From an uncultured Bacteroidaceae bacterium (GTDB lineage Bacteria; Bacillota; Clostridia; Christensenellales; CAG-917): a DNA stretch of 64,000 bases. The notes below the pieces were generated by a model, which was not told the DNA's origin, made no database searches, and saw only the letters and a program-made list of their open reading frames with translations. A program made the translations under genes and the position numbers. Below, one piece after another: positions 35,961-45,561 of the stretch; position 1 is the first letter of the stretch; each line of letters opens with the position of its first letter. The stretch covers positions 5,754-69,753 of the forward strand of contig CAZJZV010000001.1 of the NCBI GenBank assembly GCA_964550635.1. The letters are read 5' to 3'.

Positions 35961-36830
35961 ATGGCATTCACTAGCAAAGACGTTATGGAACTCCGCGGTA
36001 GAACCGGTGTCGGTATGATGGACTGCAAAAAAGCACTCGTCGCAACCGACGGCGATATGGAAGCCGCAATCGACTACCTCAGAGAAAAAGGCATCGCAAC
36101 CGCAGCGAAGAAAGAATCTCGTATCGCGGCAGAAGGCATCGTTTTCGCAGCAAGCAAGGGCGACAAGAGCGTTCTTCTCGAAGTAAACTGTGAATCCGAC
36201 TTCGTCGCAAACGGACCTATCTTCCACGAATACGTTGGCAAAGTCGCAGATTACGTGCTCGACAACGAAAACGCATCCGTCGCAGACGTCACCGCAGCAA
36301 TGACCGACGTCACCAACGAATACGTCATGAAGATGGGAGAAAAAATCTCCATCAGACGTTTCACCGTCTACACCGCAAACGATTCCGTCATCGACACCTA
36401 TATCCATATGGGCGGCAAAATCGGCGTTATGGTCGAAGCATCCGCAAACGCACCCAAGGAAGTCGTTCACGACGTAGCACTCCAAATCGCAGCGGCAAAC
36501 GCACAATACGTCAATAAGGACGAAGTCCCCGCAGACGTCGTCGCACACGAAAAAGAGATCCTCAAAGCACAATCTTTGAACGAACCCAATCCCAAACCTC
36601 TCGCAATCATCGAAAAGATGATCGAAGGCAGAATCAATAAGTTCTTCAAAGAAATCTGCCTCCTTGACCAAGTCTTCGTCAAGAATAGCGATATTACCAT
36701 CGCACAATACCTTGCACAAAACGGCGGAGCAAGCGTCATTCGTTTCACCCGTTACGCAATGGGCGAAGGTCTCCAAAAGAGAGAAGACAACTTCGCAGAA
36801 GAAGTTATGCAACAAGCAGGACTCAAATAA
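35961..36830 (+). CDS. tsf: Elongation factor Ts
   Basis: 289 aa. UBA-like N-terminus: VMELRGRTGVGMMDCKKAL. Confidence 0.95.
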   Translation: MAFTSKDVMELRGRTGVGMMDCKKALVATDGDMEAAIDYLREKGIATAAKKESRIAAEGIVFAASKGDKSVLLEVNCESDFVANGPIFHEYVGKVADYVLDNENASVADVTAAMTDVTNEYVMKMGEKISIRRFTVYTANDSVIDTYIHMGGKIGVMVEASANAPKEVVHDVALQIAAANAQYVNKDEVPADVVAHEKEILKAQSLNEPNPKPLAIIEKMIEGRINKFFKEICLLDQVFVKNSDITIAQYLAQNGGASVIRFTRYAMGEGLQKREDNFAEEVMQQAGLK

Positions 36831-36842
36831 GAAACACGCAAA

Positions 36843-36872
36843 GGGGAGCGCGTAAGCGTTCCCCATTTTTTT
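36843..36872 (+). terminator. Intrinsic terminator/attenuator between tsf and pyrH
   Basis: 9-bp stem GGGGAGCGC/GCGTTCCCC closed by a GTAA tetraloop, then a T7 run. Confidence 0.7.
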
Positions 36873-36884
36873 AACGAGGCATAT

Positions 36885-37598
36885 ATGGCAAATCTTAAAT
36901 TCAAAAGAGTTATTATAAAACTTTCGGGCGAAGCACTTGCAACCGAAAACGGTATGGGTATCGATATGAACAAACTCGGCGCGGTCGTCGACGAAATCAT
37001 CGAAGTCAAAAAACTCGGTGCGGAAATCGGTATCGTCATCGGCGGAGGCAACTTCTGGAGAGGTAGACAAGCGGACGCGGAAATGAACAAAACCACCGCA
37101 GACCATATGGGAATGCTTGCAACCGTCATCAACGCTCTCGCAATTCAAGACCAAATCGAAAGAAGAGGAGTGCCCGTCAGAGTTCAAACCGCACTCACCA
37201 TCACCAAAGTCGCAGAACCCTATATTTTGAGAAAGGCAATGCGCCATCTTGAAAAAGGCAGAATCGTCATATTCGCTTGCGGCACAGGCAATCCGTATTT
37301 CTCGACGGACACCGGTGCGGCACTTCGCGCGGCAGAAATCGGCGCAAACGCACTTCTTCTTGCAAAGAACGTGGACGGCGTTTACGACAGCGATCCCAAA
37401 GTCAATCCCGATGCAGTCAAATTCGATAAACTCAGTTATATGGACGTCATTTCCATGGGACTCAAAGCAATGGACACCACCGCAATCACCATGTGCATGG
37501 ACAACGAAATTCCTATCATCGCGTTCAGTCTTATGGAAAAGGACAGTATCAAGCGCGCGCTCGAAGGAGAAAAAATCGGAACTTATATCGGCAAATAA
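36885..37598 (+). CDS. pyrH: UMP kinase
   Basis: 237 aa. Contains KRVIIKLSGEAL, GGGNFWRG and GTGNPYFSTDT. Confidence 0.95.
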   Translation: MANLKFKRVIIKLSGEALATENGMGIDMNKLGAVVDEIIEVKKLGAEIGIVIGGGNFWRGRQADAEMNKTTADHMGMLATVINALAIQDQIERRGVPVRVQTALTITKVAEPYILRKAMRHLEKGRIVIFACGTGNPYFSTDTGAALRAAEIGANALLLAKNVDGVYDSDPKVNPDAVKFDKLSYMDVISMGLKAMDTTAITMCMDNEIPIIAFSLMEKDSIKRALEGEKIGTYIGK

Positions 37599-37675
37599 TT
37601 CGGTTGAAATCACAAAACGCTATTCTAACGGCACGTTTTGACAAAAACCATTATTCTATCGGTATTTATTGAAAC

Positions 37676-37708
37676 TAAAAAATGGACAGAAATCTGTCCG
37701 TTTTTTAT
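37676..37708 (+). terminator. Rho-independent terminator after pyrH
   Basis: An A-run, the stem GGACAG/CTGTCC, and a T6 run. Confidence 0.75.
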
Positions 37709-37709
37709 A

Positions 37710-37738
37710 TTGCATTGCGCGCGTTAATTTGTTATAAT
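37710..37738 (+). promoter_or_regulatory. Sigma-A-type promoter for frr-uppS-cdsA-dxr-rseP
   Basis: TTGCAT-17 nt-TATAAT. Confidence 0.55.
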
Positions 37739-37767
37739 AATATAAGTATCATAATTAGGAGGCTACT

Positions 37768-38343
37768 ATGGCTTACGGCATCGAACTCGTCGATATGATC
37801 TTCGACGATATGCAGGAAAAATTTGAAAAAACCACTCGCAACTATGAAAACGAACTCAAAATGGTCAGAGCAGGTCGTGCTAACCCCCACCTTCTCGACA
37901 GAGTTTTCGTCGACTACTACGGAGTGGAAACCCAACTCAACAAAATGGCGAATATCACCGTCCCCGAAGCAAGACTTATCGTCATTTCCGTTTGGGATAA
38001 ATCTCAACTCAAAAACGTAGAAAAAGCAATTCTCGCGGCAAATCTCGGCGTTACCCCCAACAACGACGGTATCGTCATCCGCCTTGTCTTCCCCGAACTC
38101 ACCGAAGAGAGAAGAAAAGCACTCGTCAAAGACGTCAAGTCCAATGCGGAAAGCACCAAAGTCGTTTTGAGAAACGCTCGTCGCGACGCCATCGACGAAC
38201 TCAAAAAACTTGAAAAGAGTTCCGACATCACCGAAGACGACCTCAAAGATTTCACCGAAGACGTTGACAAAGCGGTCGCAAAAGCAATCGAAGAAATTGA
38301 CAAAATGTGCAAAGACAAAGAAAAGGACATTCTCGAAGTCTAA
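37768..38343 (+). CDS. frr: Ribosome recycling factor
   Basis: 191 aa. Contains ...ELKMVRAGRANPHLLD.V.VDYYG..T.L and ...LTEERRK.LVK. Confidence 0.94.
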   Translation: MAYGIELVDMIFDDMQEKFEKTTRNYENELKMVRAGRANPHLLDRVFVDYYGVETQLNKMANITVPEARLIVISVWDKSQLKNVEKAILAANLGVTPNNDGIVIRLVFPELTEERRKALVKDVKSNAESTKVVLRNARRDAIDELKKLEKSSDITEDDLKDFTEDVDKAVAKAIEEIDKMCKDKEKDILEV

Positions 38344-38999
38344 TGGCTATTCCTCGTCATATCGGTTTTATCATGGACGGCAACGGGCGTTGGGCAACTG
38401 CGCACGGGCTTGAGAGATACGACGGCTACGCCGCCGGATTGCTTGCGCTCCGCAAAGTCGTCAAAAGAGCAAACGAACTCGGCATAGAAGCGATAACCGT
38501 TTATGCGTTTTCCACTGAAAATTGGGCGCGTCCCGACAGTGAAAGAGATGCGATTTTCAACATAGTTGAAAAATTCAACCGTACTTACGACGGCGATTTG
38601 CGCATCACCTATTCGGGAGATATAGCGATGCTTCCCGACGGTATCGAAGACAGTATCTTTGAAATCGAAGAGAAAACGCAAAACAACAAGGGTACTATCC
38701 TTAATATTGCGTTCAACTACGGCGGACAAGCGGATATTCTTCACGCCGCCGAGATTTGTTTCTCTCACGGCACGTTCTCGAAGGAAAACTTCGAGCGCGC
38801 TCTTGCAAGTTCTCACTTGCCTCCGCTCGACTGTATTGTCCGCACCGGCGGTGAAATGCGACTCAGCAACTTTATGCTTTACGAAGCCGCTTATGCAGAA
38901 CTTATCTTTCTCGTCAAACTCTGGCCGGATATGGAAGAGGAGGACGTGGATAAAATCGTCGCTCTCTTTGAGGAGCGCAAAAGAAAATTCGGAGCGTAG
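38343..38999 (+). CDS. uppS: Undecaprenyl diphosphate synthase
   Basis: MAIPRHIGFIMDGNGRWA starts at an ATG overlapping the frr stop (TAATG). Contains FSTENW and RTGGE.RLSNF. Confidence 0.93.
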   Translation: MAIPRHIGFIMDGNGRWATAHGLERYDGYAAGLLALRKVVKRANELGIEAITVYAFSTENWARPDSERDAIFNIVEKFNRTYDGDLRITYSGDIAMLPDGIEDSIFEIEEKTQNNKGTILNIAFNYGGQADILHAAEICFSHGTFSKENFERALASSHLPPLDCIVRTGGEMRLSNFMLYEAAYAELIFLVKLWPDMEEEDVDKIVALFEERKRKFGA

Positions 39000-39051
39000 A
39001 ACGGTTTAATTCGTTTTTAACGATACTGTTCTATTCTCAAAGGACAAAAAT

Positions 39052-40002
39052 ATGCTGAAACGCACTCTGACGGGTTTATGTCTTATTGCTCTCATCGTCG
39101 GCTTTATGGCAGGAGGGTACTTCGTAAGCCCGATTTTTGTAGATATGCTCATCTACGTCTTCCTTCTCGGAGCGGTCGTAGAGATGTTCAACTGCCTGAA
39201 AAACGCAGGATACAAAATGTTCGTCGTCCCCGTAGCGTTCGTGATGGTTGCAGGCTATCCAGTATACTACTGCCTATCGCACTTCGTCGGTTGGGGAACG
39301 GGACTTCAAGGATTGCTTGCCGTACTCCTTCTAGGTATGACCGCCGTCCTGACCATTTTCACGTTCAAACCCGCAAAGGGGAGCGAAGACGTGAACGAAA
39401 ACAAAACTTGCGACTTGAAAGATTTGTTCGCAAACGCATTCATTCTCGTCTATCCCGTGGCATTCATGGCTATGGCGTGGAATTTGAGTTTCAAGTATAG
39501 CGGATTTTTCGCAATACTGTTCGCCGCGCTCGTCCCCGTCATGGGAAGCGATATGTTCGCATATTTCTTCGGTGCGTCGTACAGTGCGATTTGCCGCAAA
39601 CGCGGAGTAGAGCCCAAACGCCTTTGCCCGAAAATCAGCCCTAAAAAGACCGTTGTAGGCGGTTTCGGCGGATTGTTCGGCGGAATGCTCATCGCAATTT
39701 TGTTCTGGTTGCTATTCGAGTTTTTCGCAGTATTTCCGTCAAGCGGATACGCACCTTTCATCGCTCATACCGTTGAAGGTTGGGAATGGAAAACCGCTCT
39801 CATCTATCTCGCACTCGGTGCGGTTTGCGGAGTGATTTCAGAACTCGGCGACCTTGCGGCATCTCGTATCAAGCGCGCTATGGGCATCAAAGACTACGGC
39901 AAAATCTTCCCCGGTCACGGCGGATTTATGGATAGAATCGACAGTGTTATGTACTGTCTTGTCATACTAACAATCGCCTTCACGGCAATATACGGATTCT
40001 GA
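39052..40002 (+). CDS. cdsA: Phosphatidate cytidylyltransferase
   Basis: 316 aa, polytopic. C-terminal signature: S..KR..G.KD.G...PGHGG.MDR.DS. Confidence 0.92.
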   Translation: MLKRTLTGLCLIALIVGFMAGGYFVSPIFVDMLIYVFLLGAVVEMFNCLKNAGYKMFVVPVAFVMVAGYPVYYCLSHFVGWGTGLQGLLAVLLLGMTAVLTIFTFKPAKGSEDVNENKTCDLKDLFANAFILVYPVAFMAMAWNLSFKYSGFFAILFAALVPVMGSDMFAYFFGASYSAICRKRGVEPKRLCPKISPKKTVVGGFGGLFGGMLIAILFWLLFEFFAVFPSSGYAPFIAHTVEGWEWKTALIYLALGAVCGVISELGDLAASRIKRAMGIKDYGKIFPGHGGFMDRIDSVMYCLVILTIAFTAIYGF

Positions 40003-41147
40003 TGAAAACTATTACCATTCTCGGAAGTACAGGCTCGGTCGGGACGCAGGTGCTCGACGTCGTGCGCAAGCACCGCGACAAATTCAAAGTCGTGGGGCTT
40101 TCCGCATATTCAAACGAGAACCTACTTCGCGAACAACTCTCTGAATTTAACCCTACGCACTACTATTTTCCGGGCGGAGCGGTGGAAGTGCAAAGCAGTC
40201 TTTTCGACATTCTCGAAGACGAAAAGTCCACTAAATGCTTGTCGTCCCTTGAAGAACTCGCAAGCATAAAGGCGGATATAGTCGTTTCCGCGGTCGGCGG
40301 TATTGCAGGACTTTGGGCGGCAGTCGCAGTCCTTGAAAACGGCGGTACCCTTGCCATTGCGAACAAGGAAAGCATTGTCGCAGGGGGCAGACATCTTAAA
40401 GCACTCGAAAGAAAGTACGGGGGAAAAATCATTCCGCTGGATACCGAACATTCTGCGATAGCATCCTGTCTCGAAGGGGAAAATCCGCAATATATCAAGA
40501 AAATTATCTTGACTGCAAGCGGTGGTGCGCTCCGTGATATGAGCAGTGCGCAAATTGCAAAAGTCACGCCCGAACAGGCACTTCAACACCCGGTATGGAA
40601 AATGGGCAAAAAGGTTACTATTGATAGTGCCACGCTCTTCAACAAGGGACTTGAAATCATCGAAGCAATGCGCCTGTTCGAAGTTTCTCTCGACCAAGTC
40701 GAAGTGGTCGTGCATAGAGAAAGCATAGTGCATTCACTTGTCGAATTTAGCGACAATAGCGTGAAAGCGTTGTTGAGTGCGCCAAATATGGCTTTATCCA
40801 TTGAAAGAGCGTTGTTTTATCCCGATAAGAGTGAAAACTCCGTGCCTGAAATCTCGCTTTCAAAACTCGGCTCGCTCACTTTCACCGAACCCGATTACGA
40901 AAAATTCCCTTGCCTATCAATCGCCAAACAAGCGGGCAAAAAGGGAGAAGGCGCATGTATTGCAATCTCTGCGGCGGATGAAATTCTCGTGGATGAATTT
41001 TTGCGACATAAGATAAAACTCGGCGACGTTCCGCAAAAACTCGAAAAAGTGCTTGCGAAATTCTCGTCGGTCGGGGACGTCGCTCTCGACGACGTTACAC
41101 GCATAGATACCGAAGCGCGCAAATATACTTATTCTGTACTCAAATAG
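40002..41147 (+). CDS. dxr: 1-deoxy-D-xylulose 5-phosphate reductoisomerase
   Basis: 381 aa. Contains ILGSTGSVGTQ, LANKES, DTEHSA and HP.W.MG.K.T.DSAT. Confidence 0.95.
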   Translation: MKTITILGSTGSVGTQVLDVVRKHRDKFKVVGLSAYSNENLLREQLSEFNPTHYYFPGGAVEVQSSLFDILEDEKSTKCLSSLEELASIKADIVVSAVGGIAGLWAAVAVLENGGTLAIANKESIVAGGRHLKALERKYGGKIIPLDTEHSAIASCLEGENPQYIKKIILTASGGALRDMSSAQIAKVTPEQALQHPVWKMGKKVTIDSATLFNKGLEIIEAMRLFEVSLDQVEVVVHRESIVHSLVEFSDNSVKALLSAPNMALSIERALFYPDKSENSVPEISLSKLGSLTFTEPDYEKFPCLSIAKQAGKKGEGACIAISAADEILVDEFLRHKIKLGDVPQKLEKVLAKFSSVGDVALDDVTRIDTEARKYTYSVLK

Positions 41148-41159
41148 GAGCGTAACGAT

Positions 41160-42437
41160 TTGTTTAACTTGATTTTGGCGGCTGCGTCTGCAAAAGAAGT
41201 GTTCACGTATATAGGCTACGTCATCGTAGCCATACTTGCGCTTATGCTGATGATTATCATCCACGAAAGCGGACACTATCTTGCGGGCAAAATTCTCGGC
41301 TTCAAAATCGACGAATTTTCAATCGGGTTCGGTCCCGCGATTTTCCAACGCAAAAACAAAAAGACAGGGGAGATTTTCTCAATCCGCCCCATTCCAATCG
41401 GCGGTTTTTGCGCTTTCCACGGTGAAGACGAAGAAGAGAGCGGAAAACAAAATCCCTACGTCAATCAAGAAATCGCAAACAACGGCAGACGGGGCATTCT
41501 TGCCTATCTAAACGACGATAATGCGGTAGACGTTGACAAAATCGAACCTTTTGACGAAGTCAAAGAAGAGAAAAAGAACGGCGTACTTTCCTATCTCAAC
41601 GAAAACAACGGAGTTCGTTTCAACGATCAACCCGCTTGGAAACGTCTTATCGTTCTGTTTTCGGGAGCGTTTTTCAACTTTTTGAGCGCGATTTTCATCA
41701 TAACGATATACTTCACCGCCTACGGGCAAATCCTTCCCGTCGTCGCAAACACCTACGACGTCGAAAGCGGTGTGCACGTATTTCAGGAAGGGGACTTCGT
41801 CCTTGCAGTGAATGGCAAGCAAGTCAATATTATGGTGCAAGAGGACTTGTACAACACGTTCTCAAATCTCGGCGAAACCGCGACTTTCAAAGTGCTACGC
41901 GACGGAGAAGCGATCGAACTCACCGTCCACAAACAAAACTACACCTACACCGAAACCAAAACAGACGATGCGGGCAACGAATATGAAACCACCGAAACGA
42001 AGTACGGTTTTGGCATTGCATACGGTTTTGCGCGCGTGAAACTCTCGTTTTTCAGAGCGTTTGGACGCGCATTCGGATTCTGTTTCTTCATCGTGTTCAA
42101 GATTTTGGCATCACTCGGGGCACTTATCACAGGCAAAGTCGGAATCGAAACCGCAGGCGGCACGATAACCGTCGTCAAGACGATTGCGGAAGTCAGCAGT
42201 GCGGGTTTCGATGCGTTTTTGTACGTCGTAGCGGTCATATCCGCAAACTTGGCGGTCATGAATTTGTTGCCAATTCCCGCGCTTGACGGTTCGAGAATGT
42301 TGTTCACGTTCATCGAAATGATATTCAGAAAACCCGTACCGCGCAAAATAGAAGGAATTATCCATACCGTCGGACTCGGAGTACTACTGATACTCGTCGT
42401 ATTCCTTGACGTATTCCACTTGGTGAGCGGTGTTTAG
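41160..42437 (+). CDS. rseP: RIP metalloprotease RseP/YluC (site-2 protease, M50)
   Basis: 425 aa with a TTG start. Contains HESGHYL, a central PDZ-like segment, and C-terminal NLLPIPALDG. Confidence 0.9.
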   Translation: MFNLILAAASAKEVFTYIGYVIVAILALMLMIIIHESGHYLAGKILGFKIDEFSIGFGPAIFQRKNKKTGEIFSIRPIPIGGFCAFHGEDEEESGKQNPYVNQEIANNGRRGILAYLNDDNAVDVDKIEPFDEVKEEKKNGVLSYLNENNGVRFNDQPAWKRLIVLFSGAFFNFLSAIFIITIYFTAYGQILPVVANTYDVESGVHVFQEGDFVLAVNGKQVNIMVQEDLYNTFSNLGETATFKVLRDGEAIELTVHKQNYTYTETKTDDAGNEYETTETKYGFGIAYGFARVKLSFFRAFGRAFGFCFFIVFKILASLGALITGKVGIETAGGTITVVKTIAEVSSAGFDAFLYVVAVISANLAVMNLLPIPALDGSRMLFTFIEMIFRKPVPRKIEGIIHTVGLGVLLILVVFLDVFHLVSGV

Positions 42438-42492
42438 AAACTCAAAGCTCTGCGCACTATCGTAAAGAAAATAAACAGGGCACAACTATCTG

Positions 42493-42560
42493 AAAAATTG
42501 AACTTATGACTATAAGCAAAATCGAACTTGTGAATATAAGCAAAATCGAACACTTGTAGG
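42493..42560 (+). repeat. Three 24-nt tandem repeats upstream of ispG
   Basis: AAAAT(T/C)GAAC(A)(C)TT(A/G)TGA units phased at 42494, 42518 and 42542. Two copies share ATAAGCAAAATCGAAC exactly. Confidence 0.6.
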
Positions 42561-42638
42561 CAAAAAAGCAATAAGAGCTAAACTCGAAAGACAACGAAAA
42601 ATAGAAAATCAATCAATATAGTAAGCGATTAAAAAACA

Positions 42639-43688
42639 ATGAGCAAAAGAAGATATTCAAAAAAGATATATATCGGAAACGTAGCGGTCGGCGGGGATGC
42701 GCCTATCTCGGTGCAATCCATGCTAAACGCCAAAACGACTGACATTGAAGGGTGTTTGAGAGAGATAGATAGCCTAAAACGACTCGGTTGCGACCTTATC
42801 CGCCTTGCAGTCCCCGATGAAAATTCGGCGGAAAGTTTCAAGGTGATTTCAGAAAAATGCGGACTTCCGCTCATTGCGGACGTGCATTATAGTTATCGTC
42901 TTGCGGAACTTGCAGTGAAAGCAGGTGCAAAGAAATTGCGCATTAACCCCGGCAATATGACTGCGGACGGAAGAACGATTGATGAACTTGTCACACTTCT
43001 CAAAGATTACGGAGTGCCTGTTCGCATAGGTGTAAACGGCGGTAGTCTTGACAAGCGTTTCAAGGGTATGAGTGAAGACGACGCACTTGTTTCAAGCGCA
43101 CTTGCGACTGCGGATATGCTTGAAAGTCACGGTTTTGACGACATAATCATCGCAATCAAATCGTCCGACGTCGAAACGATGATTTCCGCAAACGAAAAAC
43201 TTGCGCTTGCGTGCGATTATCCTTTGCATTTGGGCGTAACCGAAGCAGGACCGTTGAAAAGAGGACTGGTCAAATCTTCTATCGGCATAGGAACTCTGTT
43301 GCGAGAAGGGATAGGCGACACGATCAGAGTATCTCTCACCGCACCGATTGAAGAAGAAGTCAAGGCGGGGATAAATATCCTCAGAGCGATAGGACTTCGC
43401 AGTAGCGGTGTCGAAATCGTATCATGTCCGACTTGCGCAAGGACTGAAATCAACGTTGAAGAACTTGCGGAAACAGTAGAGCAGTTGACCGAGCATATTC
43501 AAAAACCGTTGAAAATCGCAGTTATGGGTTGCCCATTGAACGGAATAGACGAGGGCAAAAACAGCGACGTTGGTATTGCCGGCGGAAAGGAAAAATCCGT
43601 CATTATGTTGAAGGGCGAAATCTACAAGACGATTGATAGCAAATATATCAAAGAAGAATTGCTAAAAGCAATCGAACAACTATATTAA
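42639..43688 (+). CDS. ispG: 4-hydroxy-3-methylbut-2-en-1-yl diphosphate synthase
   Basis: 349 aa. Contains GGDAPISVQSM, RINPGN, and a C-terminal CPTCAR...GC..NG cluster. Confidence 0.95.
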   Translation: MSKRRYSKKIYIGNVAVGGDAPISVQSMLNAKTTDIEGCLREIDSLKRLGCDLIRLAVPDENSAESFKVISEKCGLPLIADVHYSYRLAELAVKAGAKKLRINPGNMTADGRTIDELVTLLKDYGVPVRIGVNGGSLDKRFKGMSEDDALVSSALATADMLESHGFDDIIIAIKSSDVETMISANEKLALACDYPLHLGVTEAGPLKRGLVKSSIGIGTLLREGIGDTIRVSLTAPIEEEVKAGINILRAIGLRSSGVEIVSCPTCARTEINVEELAETVEQLTEHIQKPLKIAVMGCPLNGIDEGKNSDVGIAGGKEKSVIMLKGEIYKTIDSKYIKEELLKAIEQLY

Positions 43689-43746
43689 GAATTCCAAAAA
43701 ATGCGGTTTTTGAGAATGCTTTTCACAAAATCGCAGTAAAAATACG

Positions 43747-45339
43747 TTGATAGGTAGCAAAATGACAAAGTTTTTTGAAGAGTTTGAAACTTCGACAAAC
43801 GGCAAATTCAAGGAGTTGAAATTCAATTCCGCGTTTTACGATACGAAGGCAAAAGTACTTACGGTGCGTTTTATCATAAATACTTTCGTGTCGAGAGCGT
43901 CCTTTGGCGACGACAAAAAGGCGGCAGTCCTGTCCGCAGTGCAAAAGATTTTCCCGGGCGTGCAGGTCAAAGTCGAATACATAAACACTTTTGCGGACGA
44001 CAGAGTGGTCAAGACGAAAGTGCTTGCCTATTTCAATGAAAATCTCAATATGGTTTTCAAGCGTCTCAACGACGACAATATTTCGGTCAAGGTCAAAGAC
44101 GGTGAAATTCGCGTTGAAATGAATTTTGAAACACCCACCTATCATCTTCTCAAGACGTCCGACGTTGAAAACGGATTATTCGAGTATCTAAACCGCTCTT
44201 TCAACGAAGAAATCTCAATCAAACTCACCGAAATCGAAGTCGCTCCCGAGAACTTTACGGTCGAAAAAGTCGTCGAAGAATGGGTGCAACAAAACACGAG
44301 AGAACTTCGCGTCGTGCAAACAACTATCGGCGAGAGAATTTATTCGAGAAATAAAATCGTCGGACTCAATCAATCTCCTATCTACATAAAGGACGTCAAA
44401 GAAGGGGATAACGTTATTCTTTGCGGTAAAATTTTCGGTTTTCAAGCAAAAGAATACGTGAACAAAAAGTACGATCCTGCAAATCCCACCAAAAATCCCG
44501 AAAAATTGCCCTTGTTTAGTTTCACTCTCGACGATACGACGGGCAAAATCGAAACGACGTGTTTCCCGAAAATCTCTGACGTCGAGCAAATCAAAGCACT
44601 CGGAAACAAGGATCAAATCGCATGTATCGGGAAGGTTGCAATTTCAAAGTATAGCGGTGCTTTGAGCTATACCGTCGACGCTATTTTCAGATGTGAAATC
44701 AACTTCGATTCCATAAATCTAAGCGGCTCAAAATCCGTTCCCGACTACTATACATACGTCAAACCCGAACCCTATCAAGAGATGGCGCAATCGAGTATTA
44801 CGGGGGAAGAAAACGAAGTACCCGATTTTCTCAAGGATAAAACCATCGTCGTCTACGATTTTGAAGCGACAGGCAAAGTTCCGACCGAAGCGGAGCCTAT
44901 CGAAATCGCGGCGGCAAGAGTCGTCAACGGCAAAATCGTGGACACTTTCCAAAGTTTCTGCAAACCGTCCGAGCCAATATCCGATTTCATCACCGAATTG
45001 ACGTCGATAACAAATGAAATGGTGCAATTTTCACCGTCGTTTAGTAAACTAGTACCCGACTTCTACAAGTACACCCGCGGAGCCATTCTTTGCGGACACA
45101 ACATTTCGGGTTACGACTACATTATGCTTGCAAAATACGCGGATGAAGAAGGGTATAATTTCAACAACGAACTTCTCGATACGCTCCTGCTTGCAAGGGA
45201 TAAACTCAAAGAGTTTAAGCGTTTCGACCTGCCGTCCCTCACGAAAAATCTCAACATATCCCACGAGAATGCGCATAGAGCGATAGCGGACGTCTATGCA
45301 ACGGTTGAGTTATTGAGAGTTATCGCAAAGAGAATGTAG
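43747..45339 (+). CDS. PolC-like N-terminal domain + OB fold + DEDDh 3'-5' exonuclease, lacking the PHP and polymerase core
   Basis: 530 aa (TTG at 43747; a more likely ATG at 43762). It sits at the syntenic polC position and is collinear by eye with the PolC NTD and OB fold (NVILCGKIFGFQAKE...FTLDDTTGKIETTCFPK). Exonuclease motifs: ExoI VYDFEATG, ExoII GHNISGYDYIML, ExoIII HRAIADVYAT. The stop is followed by a strong terminator. Confidence 0.8.
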   Translation: MIGSKMTKFFEEFETSTNGKFKELKFNSAFYDTKAKVLTVRFIINTFVSRASFGDDKKAAVLSAVQKIFPGVQVKVEYINTFADDRVVKTKVLAYFNENLNMVFKRLNDDNISVKVKDGEIRVEMNFETPTYHLLKTSDVENGLFEYLNRSFNEEISIKLTEIEVAPENFTVEKVVEEWVQQNTRELRVVQTTIGERIYSRNKIVGLNQSPIYIKDVKEGDNVILCGKIFGFQAKEYVNKKYDPANPTKNPEKLPLFSFTLDDTTGKIETTCFPKISDVEQIKALGNKDQIACIGKVAISKYSGALSYTVDAIFRCEINFDSINLSGSKSVPDYYTYVKPEPYQEMAQSSITGEENEVPDFLKDKTIVVYDFEATGKVPTEAEPIEIAAARVVNGKIVDTFQSFCKPSEPISDFITELTSITNEMVQFSPSFSKLVPDFYKYTRGAILCGHNISGYDYIMLAKYADEEGYNFNNELLDTLLLARDKLKEFKRFDLPSLTKNLNISHENAHRAIADVYATVELLRVIAKRM

Positions 45340-45365
45340 GGGATAAAAACAACAAAACACGACTT

Positions 45366-45393
45366 AACGCACGCAATTTTTGCGTGCGTTTTC
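45366..45393 (+). terminator. Rho-independent terminator after the PolC-like gene
   Basis: 10-bp stem AACGCACGCA/TGCGTGCGTT followed by TTTTC. Confidence 0.8.
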
Positions 45394-45535
45394 ATTGCGG
45401 TTTGGAACGTGTATTTGAGTCGATTTATAAATTGATTATATAATACCTATAATTTTATTATAATATATGCTAAATTTGCTTGCCAAAAATTCGTCGATAT
45501 GATATTATTTTCACGCTTAATAGTGTGATACTACG

Positions 45536-45561
45536 GAGTGAGCCAAGGCTCACTCTTTTTA
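45536..45561 (+). terminator. Leader terminator/attenuator upstream of rimP-nusA-infB
   Basis: Stem GAGTGAGC/GCTCACTC plus a T5 run, 18 nt before the rimP GTG and just 5' of its AAGGAG. Several TATAAT-containing promoter-like elements lie at 45413-45505. Confidence 0.55.

Noticed and set aside
35718-37613. 631-aa minus-strand ORF antisense to rpsB-tsf-pyrH. Similar long antisense ORFs lie at 46201..47292 (nusA), 48240..49538 and 49677..50630 (infB), 1738..2916 (pcrA), 40122..40733 (dxr), 18684..19313 (yloV) and 564..1760 / 485..1234 (opposite the YegP gene).
   Set aside because: Their translations are Cys/Phe/Val/Asp-rich nonsense with no motifs and no SD. They exactly shadow confidently identified sense genes. 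This is the expected by-product of strong RNY/GAN codon bias, which depletes stop codons on the antisense strand.
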